Shown here: positions 1-9,761 of the stretch, piece after piece
Position numbering within the stretch: the first letter of the stretch is position 1
How the letters are laid out: every line of letters starts with the position of its first letter
Source of the DNA: Candidatus Helarchaeota ASGARD archaeon Hel_GB_B
GTDB taxonomy: Archaea > Asgardarchaeota > Lokiarchaeia > Helarchaeales > HEL-GB-B
Assembly (NCBI GenBank): GCA_005191425.1
Contig: SUPR01000012.1
Span: 18,981 to 50,980 of the forward strand
DNA length: 32,000 nucleotides
Direction of reading: 5' to 3'
The notes under the pieces: generated by a model
The model's database searches: none
What the model was told of the DNA's origin: nothing
Seen by the model: only the letters and a program-made list of their open reading frames with translations
Translations under genes and position numbers: made by a program

Positions 1-369
1 TTGGAAAAAAAGACTAAATTCATTTTTTCAATAATCGGAGTAATAACAATAATAATTTCAGTGGTCGGGGGCTCAGAGATTGGAAGAATTGCAATACTAT
101 ATGGTCCAGTAGCAATGGGTTTCATTATAATCATTTTATATTCATATATTGCTATAAAATCAAGTGGGTATGTACGAAAAAGGTCTTTACAAGCATTAAT
201 AGGCATTTTATTATTTTATTCAGGAATTACAATTGATAGCAACATAATTTCAGGGTTTTTAAATTGGATGTTTGGGGTTGAAACTATGTTAATTCGTGCA
301 ATTGCGGCAGTAATTCTCATTATTGGAGTGGTCATATTTGGGCTATCATATAAGAAGACCGAAGAGTAA
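1..369 (+). CDS. Membrane protein, probably the 3' part of a gene starting before the window
   Basis: Open frame from position 1 to TAA at 367-369 with about four hydrophobic segments; no recognisable motif. Confidence 0.7.
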   Translation: MEKKTKFIFSIIGVITIIISVVGGSEIGRIAILYGPVAMGFIIIILYSYIAIKSSGYVRKRSLQALIGILLFYSGITIDSNIISGFLNWMFGVETMLIRAIAAVILIIGVVIFGLSYKKTEE

Positions 370-508
370 AAATTAAATATTTATTTTAGTTAGACCACAT
401 TATTAATGATTTTTATTAACTAACATTGATTTTCATTAAAATTTTCAAAAATAATAAGTAATTTAAAATCAGAAATAAAAAAACAAATTAGAAATGAGAT
501 GAGATTAA

Positions 509-1444
509 ATTAATCCAATAAATATTATTATTGATACAGACCCAGGGCTTGGTCATAAATTTTCAGATGTTGATGATGGGCTATCAATTTTTACTATGTT
601 AAATTCTCCTGAAAATTTCAATATTTTGGGGCTCACAATTTGTTATGGAAATACACCAGTAGAAATTGGATATAGATTAGCAAAAAAGTATTTAAAAATC
701 GCGAAAAAACAGGATATTCCAGTAGTGAAAGGTGCTAAAAATAGGTATCAATTAGGCAAAGAAAATTTAGCTTCAAGATTTATAATTGAACAAATAAATG
801 AACATCCAAATGACATAACTCTTTTTATATTAGCGCCTCAGACAAATATTGCAACTGCATTTATTCGTGACCCAGATTTACAGGATAAAGTTAGCGAACT
901 TGTTATAATGGGCGGTCTGTTCCGTGCCCCAATTTTAAAATTTTCGCCTTTAACTCGATTTTTTGATGAACGATTCTATGATAAAATTAAGTTTAATTCC
1001 CTTGTTAGCGAGTTTAATATAGTGAATGACCCAATAAGTGCTTCGATTGTTTTAAATAAAGATATCAAAACGATTATGTTCCCATTAAATGTTACTTCAA
1101 AATTAACTATTACTAAAAAACAACTTGTAAAAATCAGAGAACGAAACTCTAGTATTACTAATTTCTGCTATCGCAACTTAATACTCTGGAATGCTATAAA
1201 CAAAGTTATCACATTGAAAGGATTTTATCCACACGATGTATTAGTCCCAATTTTCAAAATAAATCCAAAAATTTTTACGATAAAATCATTACCAATAAGA
1301 ATCGATACCCAAAAAATACGAGGAAAAATTCAAATATTAGATAAAGAAAAAGACACAATTAAAAAGAATAATATTAAAAATATTTGCGTAAATTTATCAA
1401 GGACATCATTTCTTGAATGCTTTATGGAAAGGATATTAAGATAA
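509..1444 (+). CDS. Nucleoside hydrolase (inosine-uridine preferring family); start probably upstream of the track's ATG at 596
   Basis: In frame upstream of ATG 596 lies INPINIIIDTDPGLGHKFSDVDDG, the family's DxDxG...DD Ca/catalytic motif. Also APQTNIA, EFNI..DP and the C-terminal HD. An in-frame TAA at 506-508 bounds the frame, so the start is ATT 509/ATA 518 or there is a frameshift. Confidence 0.8.
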   Translation: MNPINIIIDTDPGLGHKFSDVDDGLSIFTMLNSPENFNILGLTICYGNTPVEIGYRLAKKYLKIAKKQDIPVVKGAKNRYQLGKENLASRFIIEQINEHPNDITLFILAPQTNIATAFIRDPDLQDKVSELVIMGGLFRAPILKFSPLTRFFDERFYDKIKFNSLVSEFNIVNDPISASIVLNKDIKTIMFPLNVTSKLTITKKQLVKIRERNSSITNFCYRNLILWNAINKVITLKGFYPHDVLVPIFKINPKIFTIKSLPIRIDTQKIRGKIQILDKEKDTIKKNNIKNICVNLSRTSFLECFMERILR

Positions 1445-1539
1445 CTTGAATTTTAGAAAAGATTTTTATGGTAATTAATAATTTAAAAGGTAGATGAACA
1501 AAATAAATTTAAATTCTTTTTTAATTCCAATTTTTTTAG

Positions 1540-2457
1540 ATGATATTAATGGGCATTTCTGAAGAAGATAAAGAAAAATATTTTAAAGCTGGAAAAATCT
1601 TAGCAGAAACTTTAGAAAAAACTAAAAAATTAGTTAAACCTGGTAAAAAACTTTTAGAAATTTCCGAATTTGCAGAAAATGAAATTAGAAGAAGAGGTGC
1701 TGATTTAGCATTTCCACTAAATATTGGAATAAATGAGATTGCAGCTCATTATTCTAGTCCAATCAAAGATAATAAAACAATCCCTGATAATTGTATTGTT
1801 AAACTTGATTTAGGTGCCAGTATAGATGGGTTTTTAACAGATTCAGCAATCTCAATCAATGTTGGTGGTAATGAAGAGCTAGAAAAATTTATTATAGCAG
1901 CAGAAACAGCACTATCATCTGCACTTAAAATAATTAAAGCGGGCGTATCTATTGTCAAATGTGGTGAAATAATTGAAAAAATTATTAAAAAGTTTAATCT
2001 AAAACCCATTCGGAATTTAATGGGCCATCAGATTAAACAATATAATTTACATGCAGGCATCTCCGTTCCAAATGTTCAAAAATTTAGTTCAGAGATAGAT
2101 TATAAGTTTAAAGATGGTGATGTTTTTGCACTTGAACCTTTTACAACTGATGGGGCTGGATTAGTTTATTCTGGCAATGCTACATATATTTATTCACTAA
2201 TTAAAAAAGTAAAAAAAAGAAATTTACCTGCACACATAATAAATATTTTGACCAGAATTTGGAATGAACGTAAAAAGCTTCCATTTTCATTAAGATGGTA
2301 TAAAGATATACCAAACCACCACATTAAACAATTATTACGGATGAACATTTTACATAAATATCCAGTTCTTGTCGAAATTAGTGGAGGTAAAGTAGCTCAA
2401 GCAGAACATACAATTTTAATTCATAATGATTCTTGTAGTATAATTACTCAAAAATAA
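1540..2457 (+). CDS. map: Methionine aminopeptidase type II
   Basis: AAHYS, KLDLG..IDG, TDSA, GHQI, EPF and QAEHT metal-ligand motifs plus the helical insert of type II MetAPs. The start could be ATG 1549. Confidence 0.95.
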   Translation: MILMGISEEDKEKYFKAGKILAETLEKTKKLVKPGKKLLEISEFAENEIRRRGADLAFPLNIGINEIAAHYSSPIKDNKTIPDNCIVKLDLGASIDGFLTDSAISINVGGNEELEKFIIAAETALSSALKIIKAGVSIVKCGEIIEKIIKKFNLKPIRNLMGHQIKQYNLHAGISVPNVQKFSSEIDYKFKDGDVFALEPFTTDGAGLVYSGNATYIYSLIKKVKKRNLPAHIINILTRIWNERKKLPFSLRWYKDIPNHHIKQLLRMNILHKYPVLVEISGGKVAQAEHTILIHNDSCSIITQK

Positions 2458-2499
2458 TTCCAATGGTAATGATCCAAAATATTGGTAAAGATTTTTTTA

Positions 2500-3540
2500 T
2501 TAAAATTTAATGTTTTTACTTAATTTTAAAAGAAAAAAAACATCTAATTCAATGTTGGATCTGTGAGATTTTATCCATTTTAATAGGTCATAATAAATTT
2601 TTATAGAATTTTTATCAAATAAGAGACTATGATTAGCATTTTTATAATAAATTATTTTTTTATCATTAATATTTATTTTATTATACAATAATTTTGCTCC
2701 AGAATCATCTAATAAAGTATCACTAGTCTCTTGACAAATTAAAATTGGGATTTTGAAGTTTTTTCCACCATTTTCAATGTATTTTTCATTATTTTTAATA
2801 GATTGATCAGCAAATTCAAAGAAATCCTTTTCAAATGTAATAAGTCATGCCGATTATATTCAATAAAAGAAGAAAAATAAGTGGGATTATCAAAATTCTG
2901 GGGTATAGAAATTATTGGTTTATTTAAAATCGGTAAAAAAAGGGAGAATAATAATATTAAAAATGGATTATATTTTAATAATAAATTTATATTGCCGAGG
3001 TATTATTCCTGGTGCTAAGGTAATAATTCCATTAATATTTTCTGGATATTTACAACTATAATTTAATACAATCAATGCTCCAAGATTTTCGCCCATTAAA
3101 TAGATTGGTAATTTTTGTTTTACCTTTATTTTTATTATCAATATCTTTAAATCCGAATAAATATCATTGAAATTTTTTAAATTACCTCTGATTTTTCCTT
3201 TTCGACCATGGCCCTGTAAATCCAAAGCATATAAAATTGTGTTTTTGGCGAATAAATAACAAGCAAGTGGAAAATATAAATCTGAGTGACAGTTTAAGCC
3301 AAGTATCATGATAAGAACTCTTTTAGGGCTTGAGTTTGGCTCCCAATATTTGAAATATACAGGGATATTATCCTTTGATTTAAAATATCCTTCAATTAAA
3401 TTATCATTAAACTGGTTTCCAATTATTTCTTTTCTTAAATTTGTTATTCGTTTAAAATAATTAAAAATTTCATGATTTGAAAATTGGTTAAATACTCGAT
3501 TTTGCGATTGTTTATCTATAAAATGTTTTGTAAAATTCAC
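2500..3540 (-). pseudogene. Decayed alpha/beta hydrolase (lysophospholipase/monoglyceride lipase-like)
   Basis: The N-terminus (DLQGHG, GENLG) and C-terminus (IPILICQETSDTL...NANHSLL) share one frame. The middle (LGNINLLLKYNPF...DLLHLKRISLNLL...MVEK, 3002-2741) is open only in another frame, implying two frameshifts. The nucleophile motif reads GENLG instead of GxSxG, and ILG replaces the usual HG. Confidence 0.8.
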
Positions 3541-3690
3541 ATTAAAATATTATCTTTTATATAAAATAAATTTTATTTGATACTATTTAATCTATTCAAT
3601 TGTTATTTTTCTTACTTTTATATAGAACATCGCATTTCTTATTTAATAAATCACAAAACCATTAAAAATAAAGTGAGGTCATAGAATAGT

Positions 3691-4149
3691 TTAATTTTTA
3701 GATTTATCGGCATAAAGTTTTGCAAGTAAAGCAAATAATACTGCTACTGCGTATTTTGCTGAGATACTATCTATTGCTATAGATAATTGAGCTATCCCAT
3801 TTATTAAAGCAGTAAAAATAGGAACTACAAATGCAAATATTCCAACTCCCATTACAATAAAAAGTATCAATTTAGCAATTCAAATTCTATTAAATAGAAT
3901 CAAAAATGATGAAATGAAAATAATACAACCAACGAAATCTGAAATTAATATCATTATAGCAAGAGTATTTGCAATTATTACTTGTGAAATTGGGTCTAAT
4001 CCTGTAAAATAGTTTTGAATAAATTCAAGATACCGTTGACCAAAAATTGGAATATTTGTTATATCCGAAACAAGGAAAATGATTCTTGAAACGAAAGACG
4101 CTAGAAATGCTTTAATTCTATTCCAAAACCCTAAAACTACTTTACTCAT
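3691..4149 (-). pseudogene. Small multi-pass membrane protein with one premature TGA (3880-3882)
   Basis: After the TGA the same frame continues for 62 hydrophobic codons (IAKLILFIVMGVGIFAFVVPIF...) to TAA at 3691-3693. Confidence 0.6.
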
Positions 4150-4969
4150 TTTGAATCATTCTTTTCAAACTTTATAATTACATTCTCATGTTCTGGACTT
4201 ATCTTATATTTTTTATCTTTTATAACAGTTTTCTTAAATACTATCCTTTTTTTAGGTAAGATGTAGAAATTCATAATAATAATTAAAATTATATTTAATG
4301 GTAAAATATAAAACAAAATACTAAATGCTATCCGTAGGGAAAATTCTAATCCAAACGATAAAAATGACAATGCAACAGATAGAATTACAGCCATACCAGT
4401 TATACTATTAAATAAAGTTCCAACTTTAAGCCCTACTTGGAAAATAGCATTTCTTTTACTGTTATAATAGCGAAATCCAGACTAGTCTATTAGTTTTATA
4501 GGTGCAATTAATAACGTGCTTAAAATTGGAAAAATTAAGATTAATCAAAAAAATAGACCGTAAAAATATTAAATGAGATTGAAAAAACTTCTTGAATTAA
4601 ATTTGCGCCGGTATCAATTATAAACATTAAAATAGAAAAAAACAACGCTGTTGGATAGAGTGATTCTCGAAGATAATTTCCTATACTTAAAGGATAGTCA
4701 TTAGATGTAAAAAAATACATTGATTTAGGTCTATTTCTATTCCTATATATTAAATAATGAACAATTAAAATTAATTTTTTTGCAATAAAAACACTAAAAA
4801 AATACTATAATAAAATAGATAATCCCAATGGAATTAGAAAAAGCTTTAATAAGGAAAAAATGTTTCCATAAAATTCTAGTCCAAAATATCACCCAATAAA
4901 GCTTATAATAATATGAATTACTGGTAAACATATAGATATAACCATAAGTATTTTAATAGAAGTCTTCAT
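4146..4969 (-). pseudogene. Decayed multi-pass membrane protein
   Basis: From ATG 4969 (MKTSIKILMVISICLP) a hydrophobic protein can be read through TGA 4889-4891, TAG 4805-4807, a frameshift near the T-run at 4562-4566, TGA 4545-4547 and TAG 4482-4484, joining the track ORF 4146..4394. Its stop overlaps the next gene's ATG. Confidence 0.7.
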
Positions 4970-5160
4970 GTCAATGATATAATATTTTTCTTTATAAATC
5001 TTAAGTAGATTAAAAATTTAATTTTTTTGAATTTTAAGATTGTTTTTAAAAAAGATAATTATTCATTTTGCAGATTGAATACCAAATGAAATTTAATGTT
5101 TTGTATATATTTTTTAAAAATATTTGTTGTATTAAATTAATAATACTTAAAAAATAGCTA

Positions 5161-5967
5161 TTATTCAATATTATAGAAATGTTTTTTTCGTCTACCTTTA
5201 AATTTTCTTTTTCTTTTAGGCCCTTTAGGACCTTTAGGTATGAATTTTTTATTGTTTAGTTTTATTTTTTTACCAGTGCTATTAACCCGGACATAAATAT
5301 TTTTAGCGATAGATGGGTCTAAAGCATATTGAGTCTGGTCAATTTGAATGACAATTGGTCCATTAAAAGGCATTTTTTGGTGTACTCTTAATTGAACACC
5401 GGGAATTATACCAATGGACATTAATCTATGCATTTCTTTATTTTTATCTGACGTAAAATAAAGACATCGACCTTCTTCTCCGACATCCAATTCATTTAGT
5501 GATTTAATAATAGGTTCAATTTCAGTTGCAGCTGCCTTGCAACATGGACCAGGTGGAATAGCAAATCCATGTGGACAAATTTTAGGATGTCCTAGAAGTG
5601 TGCAGATTGCTGCTTCTACTGAATCATCTATTGTGTGCTCAAAATTACAAGCTTGCTGTTCAAGTATGGCATCATCTTGGAAGTCAACTACGTCTTTTAG
5701 TAGTCGTTCAGCCAGTCTATGTGATCGTATCACATGAATTGCTCTTTCTTTTCCTTTTTCAGCAAAGACAACATCGTTTTTCTCTATACGGATATATTCC
5801 ATTTTTTGAAGTTTCTCTAAGACTTCTTCAGGATTTTTAAAATATTTCATAATTTCCGTAAGTAAGATTGAAACTGGAACTTTCTTTTTATTTTTATCTA
5901 CAATTTCAATCCACATGAATTCAAGAATTTCATCGATAATTCTATAATTTATAAAATTACTTGGCAT
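5161..5967 (-). CDS. DtxR/MntR-family metal-dependent regulator with C-terminal FeoA (SH3-like) domain
   Basis: RSHRLAERLL, ACNFEH and LGHPKICPHG..IP metal-binding/dimerisation motifs; LMSIGIIPG..V FeoA signature; last gene of the feoB operon. Confidence 0.9.
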   Translation of the reverse strand: MPSNFINYRIIDEILEFMWIEIVDKNKKKVPVSILLTEIMKYFKNPEEVLEKLQKMEYIRIEKNDVVFAEKGKERAIHVIRSHRLAERLLKDVVDFQDDAILEQQACNFEHTIDDSVEAAICTLLGHPKICPHGFAIPPGPCCKAAATEIEPIIKSLNELDVGEEGRCLYFTSDKNKEMHRLMSIGIIPGVQLRVHQKMPFNGPIVIQIDQTQYALDPSIAKNIYVRVNSTGKKIKLNNKKFIPKGPKGPKRKRKFKGRRKKHFYNIE

Positions 5968-5986
5968 TTAATCAACTCATTTATAT

Positions 5987-6199
5987 TTATTTTCGCATTT
6001 TTCTGAGGAATTTTATTAATTTAGGGTCATTTGGGACAAATTCATAACCGCAATTATTACATTTTATCATTTCACATTTTGATTTAATTAATTTAGGGCA
6101 TTTTTCACATGCTATTTTTTGATCATTCATTATATCAATTTTATTTCCACATATTGGACACTTTACAAAAAAATGTTTTGAAATCAAATCACCAACCAA
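5987..6199 (-). CDS. Small Cys-rich (Zn/Fe-binding) protein coupled to feoB
   Basis: CPICG, CEKCP, C, CNNCGYEF; overlaps the feoB stop region. Confidence 0.75.
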   Translation of the reverse strand: MVGDLISKHFFVKCPICGNKIDIMNDQKIACEKCPKLIKSKCEMIKCNNCGYEFVPNDPKLIKFLRKMRK

Positions 6200-8258
6200 A
6201 AATTAAGTGCAAAATAAAATTCAAAAGTCCACTGATCAAGATAGAATAAAAGAATATGAAGACCAAAATTAATAATGTTTTTTTAATTCCACGTTCTTTT
6301 CCCATTATTAGAATCGCAGCAATACATGGAATAAATAGAATTATTAGTGTGGTAGCTACAGTATATTGAATTGGCGTCAAACTAGCAAATTCGGCACTTC
6401 CAAAAAGTGTGGCAGCACCCAAATCCCTTCTAATAACCCCAAGTAGCCATAATGCAGCTGCTTCTGGAGGTAATCCCAAAAAATACACAGTAATTGGAGT
6501 GAAAAATGTATTTATATAAATACTTGCATTAGTTTCATTTAAAATACTAATCAATAAAATTCCAATAAAAAATAAAGGAACTGCTTCTGCTAAAAATGAT
6601 TTTGTTTTGTTCCAAGTTTTCATTCCAATATTTGATAATTTAGGAAATCTCATTGGTGGAATTTCTATAATAAATTTTGATTTCTCGCCAGGGACAAATT
6701 TATTTGAAAGATATCCAATAATAAATAATTGTCCAGCAATTATAATTAATACAATTAAAGCCCATTGAAGCCCAACTTGAAATAAAAGTCCTAATATAAT
6801 TCCTAACTGAGCTGAACAAGGAATAGCTAACGCAATCAATAAGGAACTAATAAACCGCTCTTTCTTGGTATCTAAAATCCTTGTTGTTATGATAGCTGAG
6901 GTGCCACACCCTAGCCCAAGCAAAATCGGAATAATTGCTTTACCATTTAAGCCCATTTTATTTGAAAGACGATCTGCATTGACTGCAATTCTGGATAAAA
7001 ACCCAGAGTCTTCTAACACAGCAAATGAAAAAAAGAAAATTGCAACGATTGGTAGAATTAAGCCTATTGTCCATGCAGGCCCTGCGGTTAATAGTCCCAG
7101 ATCTCCAGATAATAAATTAATTAAATGAGTTTTCCAGGGTTCAGCTACTCCACTCAATAAATTTGTAATAAGGACATTCATAAAAGAAGAATATGGGTCA
7201 AATATATATGTCGATAGAAAATCAACAATCAAAATAGCCCCAACATATCCTACAAATAAAAAAACTAATAATAAAACACCTATTGCAATTAATGGCCCAA
7301 AAAATTTATGTAAAGTTATATCTTTTTTTAATTTATTGTCTCTCTTAACTTCCTTAGTTATTTGATACTTATTAATTAAATTTTCAGCTTCTTTTTCTCT
7401 AACCTCGGAAATAATTGTTACAATTGATGTTGTATATGACTTTTTTACAGAATTTATTGAATTTAAAATATCCTCTTTAATTTCTAAGTTTATATTAGAA
7501 TTAATCCAATCTAAAACTATTTGATCTCCTTCTAATAAATTTAATGTAATCGCTCGAACAGAAATTGGAGTTTTAATTGAATTTTTTTTGAAATTTTTTT
7601 CAATTTTTTCAATTAATTTTTCGATATCATCGGAATATTTTATTATTTTTCTATTAAACTGCTCTTTATTTTTATGGACATCAAGGATATTTTTTCTAAT
7701 TTTATCAATTCCAATTTTTTCAACAGCAACAGCTCCTGATACAGGTATTCCCAGTTCATTAGATAGTCCAGCCAAATTAATTTCTATATTATGTGATTTT
7801 GCTTCGTCCATCATATTTAAAATCAGAATAATTGGAATACCAAGTTCAAGTAATTGAAATGTAAATAATAAAGTCCTTCGTAAATTTTTAGCGTCTCCAA
7901 CCTGTATAATTGCTTCGGGGTTTTCGTCCATGATGACTTTTTTTGTGACCTTTTCATCTTCAGACAATGGAACTAAATTATAAATTCCAGGAGTATCAAT
8001 GAAATTAAATGAATAATTTTCTATATTCCTTGTTCCACTCATTAATTCGACAGTTGTCCCCGGGTAATTACTTACATTTGCATATTTTCCAGTTAAATAA
8101 TAAAATATAACCGATTTCCCAACATTTGGATTTCCTACTAGTATTATACGCGGTGATGTGTTCTCTTTGTCTTTATCATTAACTTTTTTCTGCTTTTTGT
8201 GATGTATTCTCCTAAAAATATTTATACCATAACTTTTTTTATCGTTTAGTTCTGTCAT
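6189..8258 (-). CDS. feoB: Ferrous iron transporter FeoB
   Basis: G1 GNPNVGKS, G2 YPGTT, G3 DTPG, G4 NMMD; membrane domain with LEDSGFLSR, GLGC and IPCSA. Confidence 0.96.
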   Translation of the reverse strand: MTELNDKKSYGINIFRRIHHKKQKKVNDKDKENTSPRIILVGNPNVGKSVIFYYLTGKYANVSNYPGTTVELMSGTRNIENYSFNFIDTPGIYNLVPLSEDEKVTKKVIMDENPEAIIQVGDAKNLRRTLLFTFQLLELGIPIILILNMMDEAKSHNIEINLAGLSNELGIPVSGAVAVEKIGIDKIRKNILDVHKNKEQFNRKIIKYSDDIEKLIEKIEKNFKKNSIKTPISVRAITLNLLEGDQIVLDWINSNINLEIKEDILNSINSVKKSYTTSIVTIISEVREKEAENLINKYQITKEVKRDNKLKKDITLHKFFGPLIAIGVLLLVFLFVGYVGAILIVDFLSTYIFDPYSSFMNVLITNLLSGVAEPWKTHLINLLSGDLGLLTAGPAWTIGLILPIVAIFFFSFAVLEDSGFLSRIAVNADRLSNKMGLNGKAIIPILLGLGCGTSAIITTRILDTKKERFISSLLIALAIPCSAQLGIILGLLFQVGLQWALIVLIIIAGQLFIIGYLSNKFVPGEKSKFIIEIPPMRFPKLSNIGMKTWNKTKSFLAEAVPLFFIGILLISILNETNASIYINTFFTPITVYFLGLPPEAAALWLLGVIRRDLGAATLFGSAEFASLTPIQYTVATTLIILFIPCIAAILIMGKERGIKKTLLILVFIFFYSILISGLLNFILHLIFGW

Positions 8259-8329
8259 TTTTAGATTTTTTTCTAATTATTTTCTATTTTTATATTTGGT
8301 TGTTGTTAACTTATTTAATCATAATTATA

Positions 8330-8355
8330 TTTATAAACTTTTAGGTAGACCTAAA
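8330..8355 (-). promoter_or_regulatory. feoB promoter: TATA box (TTTATAAA, 8337-8330) abutting a DtxR-type palindrome TTTAGGT-AG-ACCTAAA (8340-8355)
   Basis: Perfect 7-bp inverted repeat resembling TTAGG-N4-CCTAA DtxR/SirR-family boxes, directly upstream of an operon that encodes a DtxR protein. Confidence 0.7.
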
Positions 8356-8442
8356 CTTACCAGTTCATAAAGATTTTTTTCTTTATATCTATTTTATAAT
8401 ATAATATATCATTTTAAGTTCAATTAATGAATTTTTTAAAAT

Positions 8443-8871
8443 TTATTTCTTTAATTTTACATCTATTGGGATTCCTTTTATGATTGATGAACTTACAACA
8501 CAATATTTTTTATACACATCAAAACATTCTAGTAAATCTTCTTCATCATCTGGGTTCTTTAATTCAACTGTTATATTTACATTGATATTTGTTATTCGCA
8601 GAAATTTTCTACCATTTTCATCTACGTGATGCATCTCTGCTTCAGCCACAATAATCATTTTTTCCAGATCTATTCCAAATTTATCCAAACAAAACTTAAA
8701 AGAAGTACCTTGGCATCCTGCAACTGCTGTACAAAGAAATTCAATTGATGATGGGCCATTATCATTTCCATGAAATGATTTAGGCTCGTCCATTAGAAAT
8801 TCATCAAAATTTTTAATTTTTACTCTAAAAGTAATATTATCTTGAAGTTCTGCTGTAGCTCTTGAGGGCAT
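8443..8871 (-). CDS. OsmC/Ohr-family protein
   Basis: MDEP..FHG.D.GPS..E..AVAGC and second Cys in YCVVS. Confidence 0.85.
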   Translation of the reverse strand: MPSRATAELQDNITFRVKIKNFDEFLMDEPKSFHGNDNGPSSIEFLCTAVAGCQGTSFKFCLDKFGIDLEKMIIVAEAEMHHVDENGRKFLRITNINVNITVELKNPDDEEDLLECFDVYKKYCVVSSSIIKGIPIDVKLKK

Positions 8872-9761
8872 CGTTTTTCAACTTGATTTATTAATTATTT
8901 TGAATTATAATCTCATTAAAATATTTAAAAATAGTGGATAAAAAAGAAAAAATTTCAAAAAATCTACAGATAATTAAATAATTGTATCCATCAATTATAA
9001 ATTGGTTCTTTAAATTTACATTATAATCATGAATTTTAATTACACTATAAGTAAATTATATGATTTCTTTTTTTTAAATTTCTATATTTACGTGTTCTAT
9101 TATCATAATTAAGCATTCTATTTAATATTTTTTGATTATATTACATAAAAGATAAAAGTTAATTGATGTAAGATAGAAATTTGATATTTTTATGGAATAA
9201 AAATAAATGATATAATGTAAAATTGAAAATACTTTTAAAATAAATATCTTAATCGGACATCTATTAATTATTTATTTTGTATTTTTATTATTGGTTAAAC
9301 TTAAAAATATATATTAAAGATTAGTTAAATAAATGCCGTATTTTCAGTTTTACTTAAATGTTTAAGATGTATATATAAATCAATACTAAAAAGAGATTAG
9401 TTTACTAAATTTATTTATATTAAATCGGAAATATTTTGTATCAAAAGGGATTAAAAAGCCTAGAATTTTGTAAATAAAACAAATAATATATATAAATAAC
9501 CAAAAAAATCTTTATAAAATGTTTAAAGGTTAATACATTATTTTACTTCAAATAAAATTCTTTACTGACTTATTTTTAGGGAGTATCTTTTATGATCCTT
9601 AATCATTATTAATTATTAGTATAAATGTGTCCGATATTAAAAACTTTTAAAAATAATAATTAGAATAAAATCAAGAACGTTAGAAAATAGAAGAAATAGA
9701 ACGATAATTTATTGATTAATAATTAATTAAAACTTAATAAAATAAAAAGAGATGAAATTCT

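Noticed and set aside
3880-4891. In-frame TGA codons at 3880, 4545 and 4889 as selenocysteine or a reassigned (Trp/Gly) code
   Set aside because: No Cys-type redox context, TAG stops and a frameshift in the same block, TGG is used normally elsewhere, and TGA is a real stop at 14957-14959 and 27223-27225.
8872-9761. 890-nt AT-rich spacer as a possible ncRNA, CRISPR array or mobile-element scar
   Set aside because: No direct-repeat/spacer periodicity, terminal inverted repeats, GC-rich stems or credible ORF were seen; only the TCCGA motifs were kept.
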